From Phoronis australis (lineage: Eukaryota; Animalia; Phoronida), in assembly GCA_002633005.1 (NCBI GenBank), contig NMRA01000242.1, forward strand, positions 62,001 through 126,000: DNA of 64,000 nucleotides. Reading direction: 5' to 3'. This document shows positions 9,201 to 21,417 of the stretch, in pieces. The notes beneath the pieces were generated by a model. The model made no database searches. It saw nothing but the letters and a program-made list of their open reading frames with translations, and was not told the DNA's origin. The position numbers and the translations under genes are program-made. The first letter of the stretch is position 1. Each line of letters starts with the position of its first letter.

Positions 9201-12154
9201 CCAAATTCTTGTCTTTTTATTGGACTTTTGTCTCGTTTTCTACTTTTTCGGCCTTTTTGTTTCTCTGAGGCGGACCTTTTTCCCACTTTTCCCCCATGGG
9301 TGTGCGCATGTTTAGAAACACAAAATTCAAATTCTTGGTTCCCAGAGCTAACTGGTTCCAGTTAGACGCTAGCATACTAAGCGCGTGCCCCGTGAGTGTT
9401 TTTTCGTAAAGTGAAATATCCAAAGAAACGTTCTCTACGAACTATAGCGTTTTCCTGTTTCAATCGAAAGACAACAACCAATTTCGTTCAAACCATCCAA
9501 AAATCGTGATTGCATACTACGAAGGTTTATGGCATACGGGTCATTTGCAGACACTACACACAAGTAACCAGTACATGGGCCGCCTGTTAGCAAACTCTGA
9601 CTACTACCTCAAGTCTGTGACGAGCAGCTCGGTAGTGGATACAGTTTTACGGCTGTGAGCTTTTCAGTTTATTTACAGTATATACATTGATAATCGTACG
9701 TTTTTTGACTACCGTATTTTGATAAAAGTGTTAGAGATCTTGAGGGTGAAACGGCAATGCCTATCCAAAACGTCACGACTGGGTGCTATCAGTCCACAGT
9801 ATATCAAAAATAACCTTCTACGATTGGTTTCAACTTGTTTACTAGTCACTCAGCTTAGAAGTGATTTTGTTGAGCTTGTGGAGTAACTGACAGTAGGTTA
9901 TTGTTAAGGGAGGCATAAACTGACCAACTATTGTTAGGGGAGGCATAAACTGACCAACTATTGTTAAGGGAGGCATAAACTGACCAACTATTGTTAAGGG
10001 AAGCATAAACTGACCAACTATTGTTAAGGGAGGCATAAACTGACCAACTATTGTTAGGGGAGGCATAAACTGACCAACTATTGTTAGGGGAGGCATAAAC
10101 TGACCAACTATTGTTAGGGGAGGCATAAACTGACCAACTATTGTTAGAGGAGGCATAAACTGACCAACTATTGTTAGGGGAGGCATAAACTGGCCAACTT
10201 CTTAAGCTCAATGTGAACCAGTAGCGACCGGCTAATTCTCACAAATCTTAGGAATCGCTTCTTATCTGTGAAAGGATCAAATTGAAACCAGGTTAAGTGG
10301 AGACAAAAGTGAGTTTTTGACAGAATGTGGGTTTAAATAGCAAAGACGCATACATGGATACTGAGCCGTATTGCCAGCTTCTACCAAAAAAAAGAGTTAA
10401 ACAGCGGCAAATCTCACCGCAGCAGAACCAACGATCTTCAGTTGAACCATAGTATGAAATTGATAACTTCTAAGGTTATGAAGCATCTTATTGAGATTTC
10501 TGTGAGTTAAGCATGAGGTACAAAGCTGTAGATTTTAACTCAGAGTAAATATATATTTTCTGAAAGTGTAAACCCAGCAGAATTCGATTTTTTGACTTTT
10601 TTACTCTCTGTCGTCAATGGGTCACATGACCATGACTTTTAGGTAAATAATATCACGGTACTCAATGACAGAACTGTGGACAGTTTTAAGATAAACTGTG
10701 GAAATTAGTCTTCCTGTGAAGCAAAAGTCGGTGTTATTCACGTTTATAAAGTTTTTATTAGGCCGAGGCCGGTACACCGAGAAGACATAGTCGCAACAGA
10801 TTGTGATACGAGAACCATAGTCCCGGAAAACGAAGAGGCGGACAATGCGGCAGAAAATCTCAGAGAACAAGGTAAATACACGTCAGACGTTGACCCATCG
10901 GAGCAGACAGCAGGCGACAGCAATGATGACAATGATGGCAGACGTAACAACAATGCCAGACGGCCCGAGGACAAGGAAACGGAAGAACAGTTTCTAAGTG
11001 CCGTCCATGTACCAACAGGCGAAGTGTTTAAGGAAACAGAGAACATCAGTGAGGGAATGAAGGGTGAAAACAAACTAAGAGACGACTTTAAGGATACGAC
11101 ATCGGATTGGATAAAAATGCGTAAACCTACAACCTTGGGCGACAACGAGCTAGAGACTGATGCTACCATAGACAAATGCATAAAGAACGAGGACGACATT
11201 GAAAAACTTCCATTTGAGATCGGAGACATCTTCGTTGGGGAGCAGAAAGCGAACAAGCCAACACTTGGCGCTACAGATGTTACGTCAGAGAGAGGTGACT
11301 CCGAAAAATGTAGAGCCAAGACCGACGATGAGTCGGAGACTGATGACGCTAGGATCAAGGGAACAAGTAACAAGAATGACATGCAAGAACCTGTGTTTGA
11401 GACATCGAGCAAGAGTATACAAGTTGACGATGCAAACCAATCAACGTACAGCAGTGCAGATACGGTATCAGTGAGGAGAAACTTGAATAAAACTGCAATC
11501 CGGAGCGACGTCATGTCAGAAACTTACATGGACGAAAAGACAATTAATGAGTACGGCATGGGAAATTCTTCACTTGATACAATGGACATCCCCGCAAGAG
11601 TGGCAGATGTGACGTCACAGAAAATCTCCGACAGGGTTCCAGCGAATATCGACGCGTCAGAGACTGACACTTACGAAAAGACAAGGGAAATGAATACCAC
11701 TGAAGATCCTTCGCTCACGATAATCTTGGGAGGGCAGAATTATTCAAGCATTTCAATGGACAATACGGCAGATATAACATCAAAGAGAAGAAACTTGACT
11801 AAAGCGCCAGTTAAAAGCGAGGACGCGTGGGAGTCTGATACCATGGACAAAAAGGCAAGCAACAAGAATGTCACTGGGGCACCCTCGTTCGGGTCGCTGA
11901 ACATCACGGTGCACGACGCACATCGATCTACAGAGGGCGTGACAGATACATCATCGATGAGGACTAAGGTGGCTAGAGCGACTAACATGTCAACTGTGAC
12001 TGATAATGTCACGGATGAACAGACAAGGAACGAGTATGGCATTGGAGATTCCAGCAAAAGGATTTCACTGATGACACTGAACGTTGGTGGAGATAACAGC
12101 GAAAACAGTGGAAGGAATGACAGGGACGGGCTAGCCGTCGTGGAAATTTTATAA
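6272..12154 (+). CDS. Spliced gene, 5' end unresolved: divergent F-BAR-like helical domain plus long acidic low-complexity tail (>=683 aa)
   Basis: Exons 6272-6308, 6456-6577, 6757-6877, 7225-7330, 8783-8950, 9551-9654, 10762-12154; all introns GT-AG with compatible phases (2,1,2,0,0,2) giving one open frame ending at TAA 12152-12154. F-BAR call is by-eye inference; the first small exon is least certain. Confidence 0.75.
6456..6577 (+). CDS. F-BAR-like gene, internal exon (VATTLHKWSVNQGAFFNTINKAVDDYLEDLKKSSLATKKL)
   Basis: tttgtag acceptor, gtgcgt donor, phase 2 to 1, open frame. Confidence 0.7.
6757..6877 (+). CDS. F-BAR-like gene, internal exon (LNGRDVMHPFKTFFENDALLLRDRVDLMEQIASKRSESLLK)
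   Basis: ttttcattttag acceptor, gtacgt donor, phase 1 to 2. Confidence 0.72.
7225..7330 (+). CDS. F-BAR-like gene, internal exon (LSTEICNAGNALVKHTMAAKKRLDVNMENVYRQAK)
   Basis: tttcctttag acceptor, aag|gtaggg donor, phase 2 to 0. Confidence 0.72.
7807..7859. repeat. Perfect 53-bp palindrome (26-bp arms, 1-nt centre), TA at both ends; possible micro-MITE
   Basis: tactctctccgcctcatattttgtta-t-taacaaaatatgaggcggagagagta; arms are exact reverse complements. Confidence 0.9.
7937..8002. repeat. 33-bp tandem duplication
   Basis: tgcaactattttcaaacttaattca(a/t)tttgata twice, one mismatch. Confidence 0.85.
8783..8950 (+). CDS. F-BAR-like gene, internal exon (SAQEIRENLETLTKTNPVQKRKKREIDRLRRAETEAQEKVIFLGERTQDSYHRFVQ)
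   Basis: gttttcag acceptor, cag|gtcagt donor, 168 nt, phase 0 to 0, coiled-coil-like. Confidence 0.78.
9551..9654 (+). CDS. F-BAR-like gene, internal exon (TLHTSNQYMGRLLANSDYYLKSVTSSSVVDTVLRL)
   Basis: tttgcag acceptor, gtgagc donor, phase 0 to 2. Confidence 0.72.
9899..10200. repeat. 30-bp minisatellite (ttgtta(a/g)gggaggcataaactgaccaacta), ~10 copies, intronic
   Basis: Directly visible with few variants; explains the repetitive minus-strand ORFs at 9842-10211. Confidence 0.95.
10762..12154 (+). CDS. F-BAR-like gene, long terminal exon (D/E/T/S/N-rich, probably disordered)
   Basis: tttttattag acceptor ending 10761; frame open for 463 codons from 10763, extending the track ORF 11024-12154 upstream. 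Confidence 0.8.
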
Positions 12155-15100
12155 CTATTGATCAATAATGTGACAATTTTGTTAAACGTTTACTTCAGGA
12201 AAACGTGGTCAATTCCAGACGAGTGATTTAGTTGGAGGTGTACTCTGTTACCTTAGAACTGTCATAAACGCCCTGAAACATGAAAATATATTTCTTAAGT
12301 TAAGAAAATCATTCTTTGTTAACATTTGATTTTCGTCTCATATCTCACTGGCTGGCGATGCTCGTCGGTCCCACCGATTGAGTTTCATCCCGGTAGTAGG
12401 AATTGATTAGGTGATTTTCTATCACCTCAAAGAAGTGAAATCGATGCTAGTTCGACAGGCTACGAAATCATTCGGAAGAAAACGGCAACAAGTCGAAGTT
12501 CAAGTATCTGCCGAACACTAACGATGGCCGTCGGCATCGCCGCCGAATATTTGAAGTTGACTGGCAATTAGCAGATTGTCTGACTATCAATGGCCGATTT
12601 TAAACATTGTCGCCGGTGGCCGTCATGACGTCGTCCTTTTTTTCTGGAATCGCCGACTGACAATGTGTAGTAAGCCTACAAAAAGGTTTATCTTGGACTT
12701 AACTACCTTACGGCTACAGGGTAGGCTATACTTCTCACCAAGAACAGAAACAATCCACAAAAAGTAAAAGGTCTTATTTTGTTGACAGCGGTCGGTCGTG
12801 TAGTTGGGGTGAGTTTTGTCCATATCTAAACTCTTAAAAGTTGGCTCGGACATTCCCCTGAATGACGTAAATGTGTCAAGTGAAATTACTTTTTTACTTT
12901 ATAGCTTGGCGTATTTGAATCACTCATGTTCTGCAGGGTTTCATAATATGGCGGGTATCACTGCGGAAACTTATAAAGCGCTCAATTGTAAATAAATTTT
13001 GCCTAGATGTGAAGGAAATAGTCCATTGAATTTTTCCTAGGTGACGTGTAGGTTAGTGAAGTAATGCCGATAATTATTTCATTAACATTTTTGCCGTGTT
13101 TCTTTTTGAGCGTTTTCTAATCTGCATTGACGCATCTTACACCTAAAATGAATGTTCTGTAATGCCTCGTGACGTAATCAAGTTGTACACGGATCCGTGA
13201 ATTTCTGGGCTTGTTCGTTTTCGTGGATACAATTTTTAGGTGGTCGGGATAAGGTTTTGGGCCATACTGAAATGCTGGCCAGTTTCATTCAACAATTAAT
13301 TGCCTTTCCAAAAGCCTTGGGCTAAAAAGCTTTTAACGTGTTGTGTCAGCAAGTGAAAACGTAACTATAGAGCCCGAACCTATTGACCAGTGTCCAATTC
13401 ATCGAATTTTAGGTGAATTGGGTCACTTCGCACTCGTTCATTCATTCATTGTACAGCTAGATTGGATGATTGACAGCTAGGTACATTATATATCTGATCT
13501 GAACTTGTCGCGACCAACAAATGAGTTGTTAATTTCAATCGTGGCATCTTAATAGATTTGTTATCTAGAATTTAATAAAAATGTTTAGAATCTGACTGCG
13601 TAAATATTGACCCAGGAGGGATGAGACTTGATGTGTCCTATCGCCTCAATCAAATATTCATTAACTTGAACCCAGTGAGGTGAGACACAGTTTCATCCTG
13701 TGTTCTCGCTACGGCTGAGTTCCTGTCAACACCTCCGTCTTCAGTACTGCATTCAACCCATCGCCAGTGGCACCTATCATTCCACCGTGCAATAAAACGG
13801 ATTTCGCCGTGCTGTCAGTATGGGCGTGCCGACATTAGGCCTACTTGCGCCCGTAACAAAAAAGCGCGAGCTCTCTAACGCGTCAGTCCTACATATGGAG
13901 GCTTGCATTCGTCGCAGCCCCTGTAAAAGTGAAAGACACTTTCTTGGAAATTTGAAAATTCAATCTAATTTGTCAAACAAAAGGGCCTGTTGCGCATCCT
14001 CGTTTCTTCGCGTGACTACGGTCCGTACATGCATGAGAGCTGAGAATGCACTGTTTAGGTACTGAGATCTCATACCCTATATCATCTCATACCCTATAGA
14101 GCCTTAAAAGACAAGCTAAGGTAGTATATTAATCAAATGAGACCCTGTCACATTTCCCCGTAATAAGAAATCTCTCCCAAGCAGGTGTCTCAGCGTACAT
14201 GAACAACATTCGCACAATCTGCGAGTGAATGGTTGGCCATAAGAAGAGAACTCGGGGGTCTGCTCCATGAAACGGGACTCATAAGAAAGTCAGAAATTTG
14301 GTATTAATAACGCTCCGCATCATTATTTTTGAAAAATAATTAAATCTCACTAGAGCAAAAGTGCGAAGTCTGTGAGAATATAAACGTAACTGCTAGTTCT
14401 TGAGATAATTGCTATAACTTATTTCTAAATTCTGATACACGTATAGTCACTTGGCTAAACCTTTTTCAGAAAATGTAAAGTAAGACTGTCAAGTCTTAAG
14501 TCGCTTTTCATGAAACTGACCCCTGGAGTATTGACACGTGACATTTCTCGTCGTTCCAGTTGTACAGTCTTCTCGCTATGACATCATTACTTCTGACATA
14601 CAATGATTGACATCGTTTTATCACTGTCGATAATAAACCTCATACTGGAAATACGATAGAAAAACCTTGGATAAAAAAGTAAATTGTCTCCTAGCCTAAT
14701 CTGAGTAGCACATAACATTGAAAAGTCGTTTATTCTTTCTCGTTAAAGTTTCTCAAAATCAAAGTTTCTACAAAGGTGATCGTCAAGACAATGCATGTTT
14801 TTCAATATTAAAAGTCCAGAGCTTGCCAATGAGTAAATTTTACAGAGTATTCCTCGCGATAAGCTCTGATAACGTGCGCAGGTTAAATAGAATGTAAGCG
14901 ATATGGCCAGTGTTGTCTAAATTAAGACAATTTGGCTACTTGTCATGTGGACTATTGTTTTATTGCCTTCTTATGAGGCTTGTCGTAAAGATGTCAGTTC
15001 CAGGGTCAGACAGTCTCTCCTGGTGTTCACATAGGTAAGTTACAAATTCATATCGGTTAGCATTACGGAAAGTTTAGCACACCTTAGGTCACTGAGACAG

Positions 15101-16035
15101 TGATATGTGAAGAAATCTATGCTTGTAACTCGATACCACTTTCTCCAGCGACATTTAGCTCACTTTTTCAAGCAGTGACGATTACCTGACCGGGTGTTTA
15201 CGGCTAAATGTTACCTGTCGGCCGATGCCATTTTACACGCCACAACCAATGCTAATTTTGTAGATAAAAATAGGAATACGTGACGATAACCCATTTCCTT
15301 GCGTCCCTTCTCTTGAAATTAATTCTCTTGCTGTTTTAGATTAATTGGACTTTGAAAGGTCGCTTAGGTCAAGAGTGTTGTATTTTGATGTCTTTGGGGG
15401 TACTTGAGGTAGCCCCAGTGAGTTTCACACAATCTAAAAATATGAATGTTTGTTCAGAGTCTTGTAGGCATCATTGTTTCCACTTCAATATGTCTGAAGT
15501 AAAGCCATGGCAAAACAGAATCAGTAGACTCTGTTTTCATCGTCGTACAAAAATCAAACCACCTGTACCGGGCAGACCTTGTTGAATGCTTACCAATTTC
15601 GCCACCAGATGTCACTCACGGTTACATCCCTTTTGTCGACACCTGTTGAAAATTCCAGCATTACACAGATATCTCACCATAGCGACACAATGAGAGGAAC
15701 ACGGTGAAGGGTTATAATCTCTGAGTATACATCGTTGAACGATATCATAAATCTTTCGACTATTACTATCATAGCCTTTTTATTTAAATTGATGTTCGGT
15801 AATAACTATAAAAAGTGTCATGACGGAGGACCAAGTTTCCAATTATAACATTGTGTGGTCTTCGTATTGACATTAAAATGGGAACGGCCAAAATTCTGAA
15901 ATAAAGACTTCAGAAATTTTCAAATGTTTTCATCCCTGCACGCTGTTTCATCACAGTAAAGAGGCTATTTCCAGTGTTAATCAGCTCAGTGACAAAAGGA
16001 GTGTAATTCTGTGCTTAAAAGTTACAGTAGATCTG

Positions 16036-16287
16036 GGGCCCGTTCCAAGAAAACTGACTTAGCTAAGACAAATCCTAAATTTCAATCAATTTCAAGACAA
16101 AACTTTAATTTGTCTCAAGTACGTTTTAGGAAAGAGATCTTAAGTTGACTTTTTAATATTCTGACTGAAGTTTTGTCTTAATATTGACTATCTTCCTGGA
16201 GGTGGAAGTTTCAAAGTTTGGAAGTTGAGACAAATCTTAGTCTTAAGTAAAAAATGAACTAATAGGTCAGATTCTTGGAACGGGCCC
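16036..16287. mobile_element. PIF/Harbinger-like MITE
   Basis: TIRs GGGCCCGTTCCAAGAA / TTCTTGGAACGGGCCC flanked by direct 3-bp CTG (16033-16035, 16288-16290), a CWG-type target duplication. Confidence 0.8.
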
Positions 16288-16595
16288 CTGTTCATGCGAG
16301 TCATTTTGTGGATTTTTTCCTCAAAAGTTTAATTCCACTTGACCAAAGACAATAATTCATCACCAATGTACCAATGTATTCGACAAACATTCACGTTTAG
16401 ACAAAACTGCGGTAAGAGATTCCGGGAAAAAGACCCACAACATGAACTGCCTAATAATGTAAAGCAATTTCAAATGTCTGCTTCTCTTTTATGTATGAGT
16501 AACAATTGGCTAGTAACGTAGAAAATAAATCCGAAACTAAAAGGGTCGATCCAGATCCTCCGGCTAAAGGATACACTTGTTTGTCGGAAAGTAGA

Positions 16596-16770
16596 ATAAA
16601 TATACGTAAATAAAACAACAAAAATGGATCACTGAAATTTTCGCCAGATATCAGATGTCAATTGTCATAGTGTTTGATTTTACTTTATTTCTGTTTCTGT
16701 TAACAAAGGATGTTATTATATCCGAAAATTTCAGTGATTAATTTTTATTGTTTTATTTACGTATATTTAT
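16596..16770. repeat. Foldback/MITE-like inverted repeat, ~48-bp arms
   Basis: ataaatatacgtaaataaaacaacaaaaatggatcactgaaattttcg (16596-16643) pairs with 16723-16770 with few mismatches. Confidence 0.7.
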
Positions 16771-19700
16771 ATAACAATTGTTCTGCTACAAAAAGACTAA
16801 AATGGGACGGGCAATGAAACAGGTCACATTTGTGGCGCCGTACAGCATGATTTGACTTAAAGGGCTCCGAGTTTTAGCTAAAAATAGTTCTTTACACAGT
16901 TTTAGCCGGTCCTTTTGCATTACATAAAAATCATAAAGTTATTAAGTTAGAGCACGTGCAAAAAATTGCCAAAACACGCTTTTAATACTGCGAGTGAACT
17001 TTCTAAAACGATTATGGCGTCCGTGAAATTAAAATGTAAACATTGCTGTAACGCATGCACAGCCAAAGAAACCAAAGGTTGTAGTTCATAGCAGTCATCG
17101 TCTCGTCCGCATTTTTTTCACTTGCTTTGTTCAGGCTATGTAGTATTTTAAAGTGTCTCGATATTGTTCTCAAATTTATTACAAATCAGGGTAGAGTTAA
17201 CAAGCTGTCTCTCGGCGAGAAAAATCTAGCCAAAATCACGTGAACTCATTGAAAATACACGGCAATATCTGGCGTAATCTGGCGAGATCTTGCTTTTCTG
17301 GCAAATTACTTGCATTGTTCAACACGACCACAAGTAATTTACGACTGATAAGTCCAATACAAGCATCAAGACTGCCTTTCTTCATGTACTTGAATGACTG
17401 AATTCAGACTGGGCGATCCATATGTACGAGTCGATAAATGTTGAGTGGCTCAAAACAGTGCTGTTAACTCTCACTCTATTTTTAATATCAAAAATAGAAG
17501 ACGTTGGCATGCGCATTTCGATGAAGATGTTTGTCTTAAATGAAGGGCGGTCGACTGATACAGAACGTACATGATATTTTATCCTAAAAATGTTTTCCTA
17601 CCTGCAACGATTTCATCACCTCTGACAAGTTTTCGTGCTTCATTTCCAACAAAGCTTTTGTATTTCAGGCGTTACTTCTAAAACGTAATATCCTTTAATA
17701 CAATAAAGCAATGAGCCCTAGGACTCTAGAGACCATAACCAGAAAAGGATTTTAAAGTGCATTCATTTCTCGTCAGTGTTTACAAACCACCTACTGTCTA
17801 ATTCATGTCTTGCAAACTCGTACTTTTTATAAATACTTTCTTCATGAATATGTTTCGTGCATTATTTCTTTAATTTCATTAACAAAAAATAAATAAGAAT
17901 ACCAAATATTCTACGTAACATTCCGACGTCTCATGACACCATAAATTCGAGGAAACCCTCTTGCTGTGCACGTGTGAATCTAGGCCATAAAAACTGTACC
18001 CAGCGGAAGGGCGGTTATATTCCAAAACAACTACGAGCAAAGCTGGGTGAATTTTATTGTCGACCTCCTGTTGTGTGAGACGCGATTCATATAATGATTT
18101 CAGCATTAAAGATTGTTGAATCTTACGAAACACCGTCTATTATGGTCAGAGCGTGTGTTTATTGACGAGTTAAGTAGCTATAAACGTAACCCACTCATTC
18201 CTACGGGGCATCATTGCACGCAACGATAATGTGGTTATCGATAGTATCAGTAAAAAGCATTTGTTCATTTACGTAATAATGTAATCATTCAATGTATCCC
18301 AAATACTATAGATTATGATTAATGCGTTAGAACTTATTTTAAACACGGTTAATCTATTTTTTAATCGTCAGTTTTTGTTTAGACCAGCGGCCAAAATTAT
18401 CTAACTTGCTAGCTAGGAATAGTCTGGAAATTTCTTTACCAATGTGCATCTTCATTTTTTCTCGATTCCAACGCTACCTTTCTAGCTCTAGACATTAGTG
18501 CGATTACGGTAAGACAAAAATATCAAAGATAAGTAACGATATTTCTAACCGAGGTGGGCAAGGTTATCTGAAAATGTGAAGACGTCATGTGATAAAAGAT
18601 CTGGACATGGTAATTGTTATAACGCGTGGACATCAATCTTGCATAGTGCTACGTTAGAACAAATTCTTCTCGTCCACACTATAGAACGATGGTTTTCAAA
18701 AGCTTTGTGCTGCACTCGAGCTCTGTAACAAGCTAACAACTACTCGTAAAAGCTTAAGGAATTTTACGATGCCGTCATCTCGGGCTCTATTTCAGCCCCA
18801 TGTTCCGACTGAACGCTTATGAATCCTGCCACCCATTTACAAATCGCTTCATATCACGCTACATAAATATTCTTAATTTGAAACGAGCTCCTGTGAAAAA
18901 CAGCTCCGCGGCCATGAGTTTGTCCACGTTGCGTTCCGTCTGCCAAGCTGTCCGAAGCTAATTGGCTGTGCGGACTTTTTATGGCCGTTACAACTGGCGA
19001 ACGCGTCAACACCAGCAGAATTTAGTGGACAATAGCACACAGAATCTAAACATTCTCGCAGTGACACGAGAGTGCCACTTGTTGCTTTGAATCCGTTGAT
19101 GGGTTACCCTTTTACAACGATTGTTCAGGAAAAGTTTTTAAGTCACGTAAGTACGCATTGTTTAATTTTATTTCCAGGCAGTCCGATGTTACTTGAAGTA
19201 ATTTGTTTGAGTAAATTTTCTTAAAGAAACAGTAGTTCGTAGGAAAGTACTTGATACGTAAAAGGAACCGTTGTTTTCGTCCGTGACTTTCTTTCCAACT
19301 CTTCAGAACGCAAACGACTCTTTTCAACGCAGCCTGGGCTGGCGTGACTTTGATAAACGAGGGGAACGACGTATGCACCAGTGCAAGCTCAAAATAAACT
19401 CTCAGCTCTGCCCTCTGCTTTTTTGAGGAAGGTTTACACAGTCGGATGTAAACCGGCATACGCGGCTGTTTTCCCATAAAAGTTAACTTATTGTCGACGA
19501 TGAAACTTCAACGATTGATGTAATGACAGGGATGTCATCGACCGCGTGTTTAGAGAATGGTAGTCAGGTACAAAACTGAGCGGTGCTTGAAATACCAGAC
19601 GTTATTATGACTATTGGTCGGACCTATGTCCTCTGCGCGAGCAGCGTGTGATCCAGTCTGTAACTGCAATTGTTTTCTTCGTCAGTGGAAGACTTAGTGG

Positions 19701-21340
19701 GAAATGTAAGCAAGGTACATTGATAGATGATTGGAGAAATGGCTATAAGTATGATCTAAATATCGTGGATAAAATGGTGGGCTACGTCTTGTTATAGTGT
19801 TGTGTTTGTACTGCTACTGTTTCACTTGTAGTGTGATGTCATGATTGATAAATTGACTTTGGTGAGAGCACTAAACCAATACGTGGTAATGACGAGTACC
19901 ACACTATAAGGAGAACATTTGTTGCTTTAAAGCACGCTCCACAGAAAGAAAATTTAGATAACATTGTCCAATTTAATGGAGGTATGGGAAAATTGGTTAG
20001 CTGTATAGATTTCAGGAAGCTTTGTCAGAAATTCTCAAATGTCAGTCTTCTTTGGCTCGCTAATGAAAATTGTTACCGTTTATGAGCTTGAAAATAACGC
20101 AAACAGCTGTAAGACGATACGGAAACGGCATCTATATTTCCTCATTTGCTGAGTTTTATCTTCAATCCACCGGTTGGTAAGACTGTTCCGCCAATACACA
20201 AATCAAGCAATTAAAGCAACGTGCCCGCAATTTAATACAAGATTTATGAGATCTGTAGCTTTTGTCCCAGCGTCTGCTTGAGTTTACACCTGTCGGCGAG
20301 CTCTGGCGTTTTCTATTGGCGTAACTTTGATGTCTGGGAATGCTAAAACAATTAGGCCGGCTCACCAACGTCACAGTATTATCCCTCTTTATTTCTCCAC
20401 AGGTCCGGTGGCTGGCCAGTGATGGTTCTATTTTTGAGTGTCATCGCACATTTAACAACCCGCAATAAAATGTTCGAAAGAGATCAACAGGGTGTGATGA
20501 AGAAGTGAACCGCCTGAGTCAACATTTGGAAACGAACTTGACGATTGTAATTCAATTGCGATTAGCTAGTTAACCAGTAGGCGAATTGCGTCAGCAAGAC
20601 GTTAAAATTCCGCCAGTTACTTTAATAGGAAGTAATTGTTCGCCGGTGGTCAGTGGACACAAATGGGGATGTGCTGAAGAAAACGTTTAACAGGCAATCG
20701 TCTATAGTCCAATAGCCAACTTCCGGAAAAACAAACTGCCATAAAAATGTTATATAGAGAGAGTAAAATACAACAGAATGTCTATAGCCATAATGGTCAC
20801 ACAGAAACCAATTGATACAAACGGAAGAGTACGCCTATTCAACGCAAAAGCATTGGAAACAAATGTTCCAGCGGTTGGATTAATTTAGCGAGGATGCGAA
20901 TCACATTTGGCTTATTGTGTGAAAGAAAGGATATATATGAACCACGCATTCGTATTCATTCGTGCTAGAGAACCCCGACAGCTTGGAATAAAAGGATAAA
21001 AAGTGTTCTGTAAACCGAACACAGTACAACGTGCTTACTAGTTTCTAAATGGGAATTTATCCCACGAAATAATTTTCGGCGAGGTCTCACCAACACACCA
21101 CGTGTTTACCCGAGGCGTGAAAAAAATCATAAGTCATTACAGAAAACTGGAATCTATTACGAAAGGTGTTTTATGGTGTTTATATATAGCTATTAGTTAC
21201 TGACCAAGCGATTCACTGAAAGGACTTTGCTTCAGGACGAATCAAGCTGTGAAACAACGAAGAGGGGTTGTAATTTTACCAGTGATCTTACAAGTTACCG
21301 CAAGCGTTATGGTTGTACTGGAGAAGTGTTTCGACTAAAG

Positions 21341-21417
21341 ATGTCCGTAGGGGTCTTTCTGTCGCTTATATTCCTTGTCCTCGGCAACATTGAACATAGC
21401 TTCGCCATAGGATGGAT
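21341..21417 (+). CDS. WNT11: Wnt11 exon 1, signal peptide (MSVGVFLSLIFLVLGNIEHSFAIGWM)
   Basis: aagATG start, hydrophobic core, gtgagt donor in phase 2 matching the 33526 acceptor. Confidence 0.82.

Noticed and set aside
9842-10211. Repetitive ORFs (MPPLTIVGQF)n, or a CRISPR-like array
   Set aside because: Translation of a 30-bp intronic minisatellite; no unique spacers and no cas genes.
10744-12165. Long minus-strand Ser/Leu-rich ORFs
   Set aside because: Antisense shadows of the acidic plus-strand exon.
13600-13780. Possible decayed SINE on the minus strand
   Set aside because: Only short similarity (gttgaatgc) to 43585-43660 and no clear B box.
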